Part shown: positions 55,970 through 64,000 of the stretch, one piece after another
Layout of the letters: each line of letters starts with the position of its first letter
Position numbering within the stretch: position 1 is the stretch's first letter
DNA from: Epithemia pelagica
Lineage: Eukaryota; Protista; Bacillariophyta
Assembly: GCA_946965045.2 (NCBI GenBank)
Contig: OX337240.1
Coordinates: forward strand, 2,976,001-3,040,000
Direction of reading: 5' to 3'
DNA length: 64,000 bases
Program-made: the position numbers and the translations under genes
Notes under the pieces: generated by a model
Databases searched by the model: none
What the model was told of the DNA's origin: nothing
What the model saw: the letters and a program-made list of their open reading frames with translations, nothing else

Positions 55970-57191
55970 AAAACACAAACACGAAAAGGTTTCCGCGTTA
56001 TTTGGGCTTTCTTCACCTTCCGAGGCTGAAGTTAAGGAAAATCGGGAGCTAATTGAAGCCTTGGTTGACAAATCTTCGGGCAAAGTGTCTCTGGAAGACG
56101 TGTTTAAAGACCTTAACAGAGCTGGCCAGAAAGGGGTCAGCAACTTTACCGCTGAACACTTCAATGGATTATCAATGAAGGGTTTCCGAATCGATGATCA
56201 AGACCTAAATGATGAACGATGGTATCCACAGGGTATCACTGGCACGTCGGATGCAACTGACGATGGAAACTTGCTCGGCGGACGAGAGGCTATGGTCATC
56301 AGCTCGTACGACAAAAAGGGCATGGGCGCCCGCATTACACTGATAGACACGACCGATCTCACACACATTATGTATCGACACCTGCTTCTAGTCGAGCCGA
56401 CAGGAACTGTACAAAATCCGACTTTCACGGAGGAAACAGAAATTAATAAAGGAAAAGAAGTGCCCTTTCATGCCGGAGGAATTGTCTGGATAGGAAACTA
56501 TATCTACGCAGCCAGTGTTGTCGAAAGAAAAGGTGGCGAGAAAAACGGTATTGGTATGCGTGTCTTTGACCTTGCCTCCATAATGAAAGTGAACGATACA
56601 ATTGGAGTTAGCATGACGGACATTGGTGTGAATCAAACGCACTTTAGTGCCATGGGCTTCAAATACATTGTGCCTGAGGTTGCACGCTTTGAACTTGTTG
56701 ACAGGTCGTGTGATTTTAAGTTGAATTGTTTGGCCCTCGACCGCTCATCGGACCCACCTGCGCTTGTGGCTGCGGAGTATAAAGAAAAAGACAAAGGCCG
56801 TGTTGCTATTTGGGACATCCAGCCAGCTGCCGATGGGTTCATCAAGCTTCCTTCTGGTGAGTTCTGGCCCAGCGGTGCATGGGTAACCGGGGAGAATAAC
56901 ACGCAAGGCGCCGTCAGGTACAAGGGGAATATTTATATTTCTACATCATCCCAGCATCGACCGCAAGACGAACCCAAAATATGGATAGCCGCCACCGGAA
57001 AAAATAAATCCTATGGAGTACTCTATCGGTTCACCCCCTGTGCGGAGGAACGAAATGTTGAATACAATTGGCATCTTGGAGCCGAAGATCTCTACGTCGA
57101 TCGCCGGAGGGAAATGTTCTGGACCCCAGGGGAATGGCCGGGTTATCGCGAAGTCATTGGGATGCCTGTCCCTGAGACGCTTGTCGTGTAG
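55905..57191 (+). CDS. Second copy of the same domain; may be the frameshifted C-terminal half of the previous gene
   Basis: WYPQGIT, YRHLLLVEP, HAGGIVW, GMRVFDL, LDRSSDPPALV, TQGA, GAEDL; no own signal peptide; overlaps the upstream ORF by 65 bp. Confidence 0.75.
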   Translation: MESPCLEFLKRCLVVMQKNADEKHKHEKVSALFGLSSPSEAEVKENRELIEALVDKSSGKVSLEDVFKDLNRAGQKGVSNFTAEHFNGLSMKGFRIDDQDLNDERWYPQGITGTSDATDDGNLLGGREAMVISSYDKKGMGARITLIDTTDLTHIMYRHLLLVEPTGTVQNPTFTEETEINKGKEVPFHAGGIVWIGNYIYAASVVERKGGEKNGIGMRVFDLASIMKVNDTIGVSMTDIGVNQTHFSAMGFKYIVPEVARFELVDRSCDFKLNCLALDRSSDPPALVAAEYKEKDKGRVAIWDIQPAADGFIKLPSGEFWPSGAWVTGENNTQGAVRYKGNIYISTSSQHRPQDEPKIWIAATGKNKSYGVLYRFTPCAEERNVEYNWHLGAEDLYVDRRREMFWTPGEWPGYREVIGMPVPETLVV

Positions 57192-57949
57192 GGTGGTGGT
57201 GCTGTGCCTCAGGAGAAGAGGATGCGGAAATTCACTGTTCTGCAAGATCTCCGAGCCCACAACAAACCTCCCACATCTGCATATTAACACGGACTGTCTC
57301 TTCTCAGCTAAGAGCGAGGCGACGGCTCGTTTATATATTCGATCGAATGGAACCGACTGTCTGCAGCTTGTCAGGTTCCAGTGGACAAAACACATTTCGT
57401 TTTCGAGATACATGTAGCGTTTTAGAAAACTTCATACGATCAACTTTATGTTTTCACTCAGCGTTGGGCTCATTCATAGCAACCCTTTTGAACAACACCT
57501 ACTGAACCATAACAGAGCGACTCAAGGATTCCATTCATCGACTTGCGATCTTGTAACAGCAGCCGTCGTCGCCACCGAGTTATCCAACGCGCCAACATCG
57601 GCAAACCATCATTCGAGTCGGAGCAGTTGTGGTGGATCGTTCCAGCGCAAACAACCACAATATAGTACGGCAGCCAGTGGATTGTGGATTGCCTCGTCGT
57701 CCTTTCCAAAGGGCTTGGCGCGATGGACCACGCGCATGTCTCGGTGACCTGTCACAGCAGCATCGCCCCACCTCCAAAAAAAGGAGCAACGCCCCACACT
57801 TCCAACAAGAACAGCATTGTCATGATGAGTCGGTCCAGCGCCAAGCAACCACAAGAACAGCCTCAAGAACATCAACGACAGCCAAGCACATGGACCATAA
57901 TGTCGGCGCAACAGCATCCCCTGCCAAAATGAGTAAAGTGATGCTACTC

Positions 57950-58532
57950 CCCCCAGTGCAAAAGTCGTCATTCCATCCCCTGCTCTTGTGGATGTACAGT
58001 GGACCCAACGATGATTGCCCTCTGTCAGTGGAACAAGTTCATCACTGGCCTACTATGATGGACCCACCATGCAGTCGATCCAACATCCATCCAAAAAGGA
58101 TGAGCTGCAATATTGTGTCTTACCTCATCCTCGAGCCTCCCACTGGTGTGACAGCCGTCGAGGAGGTTTGGATCCAGACCTTGTGTGGGAGGACTCGGCT
58201 CTTTGGAACCAGGCTTTGGAACAGAGGTTTTGGACGATCCACGTGGTTCCTTTAGTGGCGTCCTTGATCCGGAATTCCATGATCCAGGGTGGACCCAGTT
58301 TCGAGTCTTGACCCACTGGATGTCGAAATTTGGCACGGTCAACGAATTATATGGACAACCCTCTTACTTTGTTGACCCTTCTGGTGGTGCCGTGTCGCAA
58401 CGACTCGACGAGGATGAGAATAAATTTCCTGTAGAGTTTTCCCCTCTTACTGGTTATCTCTCTTCGGATGCGCACGGATGGAGTCCACCACGTTTGGACT
58501 CATGTGTTATTCGTTGCGTCGGTCCATGCTAA
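57950..58532 (+). pseudogene. Hypothetical gene copy B (frameshift near 58290)
   Basis: SGTSSSLAYYDGPT...HPRASHWCDSRRGGLD...; continues in another frame as FRVLTHW...QPSYFVDP. Confidence 0.65.
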
Positions 58533-60812
58533 ATTGGACGAGAATGGCCACAATCAACACAGCCACCGTCACGAGTAACGTCCATGCAATGGTTGTCAAG
58601 ATAATCGTCCCATCAAACCAACCACTGTCATTTGGGTTTGCAGGTTCCAACGGGTCATTTTTATCCAACAGCAGGTCACTGCTGGGATTCTGCAATCCGA
58701 CATCACCTTTGGAATGGGTGGCGGTCGTTTGTTGGGATTCTTTGAGCTTTTGTTTTTGTCGTTGGACGGCCAAATACAAGAGGGATGGAGCCGCCGTATA
58801 ACTGAGCATGGTAAAAATGACACCCAATGAGGCCAAGGTTGGTAAATCACGAACGAGCAAGGCGGCCACGGCCGGTGGAATACTGGCCAGCAAGCGAAAC
58901 CGAATTCGTGGTCGTTGAAACACAAAGGAAGCAAGGCAATCCCAAACACGGTGCACCAAGCCTCGTTCTTCTTGTTGTTGGGTCCTGGGGTGCTCCTCAT
59001 CGGACAAGTCATTTGTCGAAGGCGGTTGGGTAACGCTATTGATGTTGTTGTTGCTAGCGACATGGTTGGGAGGTGTGACACAAAAGGCATGATGCAAAAT
59101 ATCGCCCAACGACAAGGCCAACAAGGGAAAGACGGCCAAACCATCCAAGGCGGCAAAGAGAACGACAAAGTTGCCGACGGGACTTGATGATGCCGTCCGA
59201 ACTCGAACCGTCCCTTGGTAGTCGGCCCAATTCAAATTGCTACTTGATTCGGTATAGTCGGGCCCGAAATAGGTGGATTGCAGCCAACTCAATGTCAAAT
59301 TGGATCCCCAAATAAACAAGACGGCCGCGACAAGGGTTCCTCGGGGAAACGTAAACTGTGTTGAATCTGATGATGAGGATGAGGATTCTGCCTCGGGTTG
59401 ACCTTCATCTATCAGGGATCTTGGTTCGGCTACGTTGGAACTGCCGGATACAGATTCGATTGGCAACGGCATTGCCCCATTCGGTGTCGTCTCCTCCTGC
59501 GTAGGAGACGGTGAAGATTCGGTGGTCCCGGTTGTTGTCGTCTTGGTTGTCGTCGTCAAGTAAAGAATGTGTGGCACACAAAATTGAAAGGCGGTCGAAA
59601 AGACTGCCAATTCCACGACGGTCAAAAGATGGGACCACTCCCACCCGAGCGACTCGTGTGATTGGGTCGGTCGACCTTCTATGATGTCGTCATTGTCGTC
59701 ACCGTCGTTTGGAATGGCAAAGAGTGTTTGTTGCGGATTCGCATGGGCATGCATCAAGGTGACAATCATGACGGTCACCATGACCATGCGGGTGGCCAAA
59801 AAGGCGAGTTGCAAGATCAATTGATCCAACAAGTTGGTACACGACAAGGGAATGGCCACCACCATGAAACAGAGAATGTAAATTTGATAATCGTCGAGTG
59901 TTGCATCGTTGTCATCGGATCGGAGTGGAAATTCTTGCGCCATGGCTTGTCCAAAGACACTGCAAAACGCCCAGGCAATGGCATACAAATCACACGCCAG
60001 AGTGGCAGTAAAGAACCATCCAGCCGTTCGACCCAAGACGAGTTTGGTCAAGGTAGACAATTCATAGTGGGACGGCGATTCGTCGATGTTATTGTCGTGG
60101 TCGTCCGTGAGTGGTACAGTGGAAGGGGCGTGAGTGGATGAACCATTCGTGTCGTTGCGTTCCTCTTCTTCGTTATCGTCCACAAGAATGGGACAAGTGT
60201 TTGTCGTGTCTTGGTGATGCAATGGTGTGTTTGTAGCGTCCGTTGGAAGCAAGTGTTGCGGCGGTTGAGATGGTTGGTGATTGTCGTTGGTAATAGTACT
60301 GGTTGTGGTTTGGGAGCGATGCAGATAGCGACAGGTTTCCAACACAAAGAGTGCCGTCACATAGGCTTGTCCACAGACCAAGGTCAAGACCATGGTGCCC
60401 AACCAAGCACCGGCTTGGGCAAAGCCTAGTATTAGTTCCAGTATAGTCATAAAAACGACCCAGTAGTAGCAACGTCCAGGAAAGAATCCATGAGACACCA
60501 TATTCGTCGACTATTTTCGCCAGGAACCAGTCACATTGGTACAAAAATCAAACATAAAATACGTATGTACGTACCATAGGGCAGCAAGAGATAGCCGGCA
60601 CCGACATAATTGACGACCAAGGCAATGGCCAAGGGTTGCGACACCAAAGCACGACGACGAGGGGGAGAAGGCTTGGGAGACAATGACAAGGAGGGTAGAG
60701 TGGCTCCGTTGGCATCCGTAGCAGCAGCAGCATCATATTCATCATTCTGGGTGGTCCGAGTTGTTCCCTCGTGGTGGTAAAGGTAGTTGTTGTTTGTGGT
60801 TTCGGTCGCCAT
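58507..60812 (-). CDS. Amino acid transporter (AAAP/Aa_trans-like), two exons
   Basis: VVNYVGAGYLLLPY|GFAQAG joined by a GT-AG intron at about 60426-60577; many TM segments; STAFQFCVP, DGLAVFPL. Confidence 0.85.
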
Positions 60813-61724
60813 GGTAATTTTTTGGTCGACTGGATCGAAACAAGGCTTTGGCTCGTTCTTGTCGTTGTTCTTGTTAACCAGAATCACGTTTGCAGCGCAA
60901 GTAGAGAATCCTCGTCGTCTTTTACTACTCGGTAGGAACAATCATGCTCGTTGTCCTCAAGTCTTGGAAACCGCTCAGGCACTCTGTCGCGTTGCTGCGC
61001 CCTTTTGTCTTTGAGTTTCGAACGTCGTCCACGAAAAAAAAACTGTGACTCTTTGTGTGTGGCCGGTCGTCTGTGTTGACCTTTGGTTGGTCCGGTTGGC
61101 TTGTCTTTTTTTTTCTCCACGGACTCGGGCTCTCTCTCGGTTTCTTTGTTTCTGCCGGTGTCTGGTTGGTGGAGAGAGTGAGAAGTCGCCATGGTCGGCC
61201 ACGTGGAGCTCTCCTTCGGGAGAATCGCATGAGTAGTCGGCCTAGCCGAGTCACAAGAAAGTCAAACACGAGCGAATCGCAGGGCATAGTCCTAGCCGAA
61301 TCACGCGAAAATCTCATTGCATATGGCATAGTCAACCTATCCGAATCACAAAAATGTCCATACACGAGAGAATCGCAGACCTAAAGCCGAAATAACCGAT
61401 GTCCAACACGGGAAGATCTACTCAATAGACTAGACCGGAGTAGCCGCGAAAGTGGAGTCTAAGTGAAACAGTGACAGGTTATGAAATATATTAGGAGTAT
61501 ATAGAATACATACACAATCATGTAAGTTCAAGCAGTGCTCCCCCATTCGCCTCTCTGCTCTTCTTGTGTCTAATAGAAGAGCACCTACTGGAAGACTAGT
61601 TCAACCTTGTCGTTCTGTCGTTGGGATGGCCTTTGTCGCGTTTGAGATGGTGGTTGCCACGCCCGTTGTCTTGTTGGCCGTGCTGGTCGTGTTCGTTGTA
61701 GAGAAACCAAACAAGAATGGGTTG

Positions 61725-62900
61725 TTACTTGGCGTTGCGATTCCAAAATGATTCATTCTTTGGAAAGCCGGAGGAGGAACCACGTAACGTGTCTTCGTCT
61801 TCTGCGTCGTCGTCTTGATGTGCTTGAGAAGAGGAGGAGGACGAAAAGAGGGTCATAAAAAGATGCAAGGATTTGCGTTCCGTCAATTGGTCGGCCAAGA
61901 CATGCAACTGAGACCACAAGGACGGCGACGAGGATGGCGACGATGATCGTGGTGACGACGTCCCAGAAATGGTGCTGGACCGTGTGGTGGTGCTTCTCCC
62001 AACGGGCGGCGACGATTGTGCCGCGCTGGCGGCTGCTTCGGGTCCCACCACTCTGGAGGAGGAGGAGGAGGAGGAATTGGAACACTGTGAGAAATGATGG
62101 CCTGTAGCAGCACCGCAGTGCGTGGAGCCATGCGGTTCCTCTTGTTGCGGTTCTGGTTGTCGACAGTGTTGGGACAAGAGCATCAATTTCTTATTTTGTG
62201 CCTTGAGGCGTCGCTGCTTCTTTTTGGTGTATGCCACGGCTCGCTTCCACTCGGCCATTCGTTTCAGGTACATGGCCTTTTCCTGATTCGCCAGTTCTTG
62301 TAGTTCCGCCTTGGATTCGGGATCAATCACATTCCATTTGGCTGCAATCGTTTTGGCCATTTCGGCAAACCCAAGGGAAGCGGGGGATGACGAGGTCGTC
62401 GCGTGGACATTGGTTTGTGGACCATGACTGCCGTGTTCCTCTTGTGCCACCAGTAGTCGTTGCCGTTCTTGTTGAAAAAACAAATTGTAGGCGGACAAGG
62501 GGCGCTTGGGTTTCTCCAAAACGACCATGCTGTTGCTACCGTGATATTCTTCGTAATTCGGCTGCAAACGGGGAGGCAAAGGACCACAAAGATGGATTGA
62601 GAATGACCATGTTGAGATAACATTCGTACCAACGACAACAACAAGCAACAACAACGACAACGACAGCAGCAACGACAACAACAACGGCGCCAAACCGTCC
62701 CTCCCATGACTTACAGTGTTGGTAACCATCGACTGTCGTAACTGTGGCACTGCTCTTCCCAAAGCCCAAAGCCCTTTGTCCTTTGTATTCTCTTTTGCGT
62801 GTAGATCTACTCTCTTGTTTCCGTTCCACGCCGAAGGGCAACCGCAGATTATGCTCAAAAAATATGAGAACCGTCGTTCGCATAACGACTCGCTCTTCAC
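61725..62900 (-). CDS. HMG-box transcription factor (true start probably downstream of 62900)
   Basis: KPKRPLSAYNLFFQQER...GFAEMAKTIAAKWNVID...ELANQEKAMY. Confidence 0.88.
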   Translation of the reverse strand: MKSESLCERRFSYFLSIICGCPSAWNGNKRVDLHAKENTKDKGLWALGRAVPQLRQSMVTNTVSHGRDGLAPLLLSLLLSLSLLLLVVVVGTNVISTWSFSIHLCGPLPPRLQPNYEEYHGSNSMVVLEKPKRPLSAYNLFFQQERQRLLVAQEEHGSHGPQTNVHATTSSSPASLGFAEMAKTIAAKWNVIDPESKAELQELANQEKAMYLKRMAEWKRAVAYTKKKQRRLKAQNKKLMLLSQHCRQPEPQQEEPHGSTHCGAATGHHFSQCSNSSSSSSSRVVGPEAAASAAQSSPPVGRSTTTRSSTISGTSSPRSSSPSSSPSLWSQLHVLADQLTERKSLHLFMTLFSSSSSSQAHQDDDAEDEDTLRGSSSGFPKNESFWNRNAK

Positions 62901-62946
62901 TTGCTCCTTGCTCCCGCAAACCGCAAACCCTCAGCCAATAATTTAA

Positions 62947-63651
62947 CCCTTTCAGCCCGGCACTTTTTTTGGCCCGGTCACTGACAAATTTGTCACCAAA
63001 AATACATAACAAAATTGCAATCCAGTTAACAAAATGCCACGTGAGTTATGACCAACAACTCGTGATTCAAAAAATGATGACAATATCGTCATTTTCCAAA
63101 CTTGGTATCACAAGATCAATGATCACTTTCAAACGAAGAGGAGGTGAGTCCTGGGCGAACACTCCCTATAGATTAGGCATACGTGGAGTGACGTGGATTG
63201 ATATACCCAAAGAGTATTTTGACTTTTTTGTTAGGTAGTTTGTGCGGTCACTCAAAAAGTGAAATGACTGACATATTTGTCAAAAATAAGACTGGTCTGT
63301 TCAAAGGGAAGGATCAAATTGTATGTGTCGGATTCGAGATAAGCCCATAGATCGAATCGTCTTTCAGCGCTCTTTCGATTGAGCCTGTATATGTCTTGCG
63401 AAATTTAGATATACATCGTTGAATATTTGGTTAAAGTTTGCCCAACGAAACTCTAGTACTGAAAACCCTAATGGGGTTTGTGTGGCACAGGTGTAAGAAG
63501 ACTACGTGAGTCTCGCGTGTGAATGACCTTAGGGGTACGAGCCGCGCGCAACCATAAAACTTTGGAGCGCGATATCTCGAGAGAAGGATTTTTGAAAAAT
63601 CCTTCCGTTTGAACAGACCAGTCTTAAATTTGACTTGCCGGGCTGAAAGGG
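62947..63651. mobile_element. piggyBac-type MITE (705 bp, non-autonomous)
   Basis: 16-bp TIR CCCTTTCAGCCCGGCA (62947-62962, 63636-63651); TTAA at 62943-62946 and 63652-63655; no long ORF. Confidence 0.92.
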
Positions 63652-64000
63652 TTAAGCTGCGTGATTGGTCTGCGTGTTCCTTGGACTGTTCTTTTCATTC
63701 TTGGCTGGTCTGACGTTGCAGTTTCGCTTGTTCCATCGGAGCAGTTCCAGTCACAGATGGATACCGAATATGATTGATATAGAGATCTTTCTTTGCGACC
63801 GTCTGCGACCACTTTAGGTAGAGCAATCGCACAAGATCCGCCGACATCTATCTATTTAGCTACCTAAACTCGGGGATTGACTCCTCCTCTAGAGGAGTAG
63901 TAGAGTCAATACTCCTACGAGTAGGGCTAGTAGTGATTTCGTCCAGCAGTTCCATGGGATGCTGCGTCACGTAATCCGATGAAAGAATGAAACCAAGGAA

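Overview
Eukaryotic, intron-poor DNA, most likely a diatom (inferred from CoDi-type copia elements and diatom-style gene families). Host-like genes: partial hybrid histidine kinase, three HMG-box factors, a broken kelch gene, a TBC Rab-GAP, a small secreted AOC/dirigent-like protein, a tandem pair of bacterial-type secreted beta-propeller-like ORFs and an amino-acid transporter. The centre is a nested TE cluster: a decayed Ty3/gypsy element (13986-19536, 203-bp LTRs, GCGTT TSD), a copia pol fragment (about 20606-21983), and a minus-strand copia element (22256-50827, identical 142-bp LTRs). That copia is split between RT and RNase H by a 21,484-bp DNA transposon (23074-44557, 9-bp TIR CGTCTAAGG, TA duplication). 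The large element encodes a Plavaka/CMC-like transposase, a divergent companion gene, two paralogous Cys-rich ORFs flanking a 170-bp satellite, a TET/JBP-like Fe(II) dioxygenase and a double-RING protein. It also carries a 105-bp array and CpG-rich subterminal motifs. This candidate DNA-modifying cargo transposon is the main discovery. A 705-bp piggyBac-type MITE lies upstream of the last HMG gene. All protein assignments come from motif recognition by eye, not from database searches.
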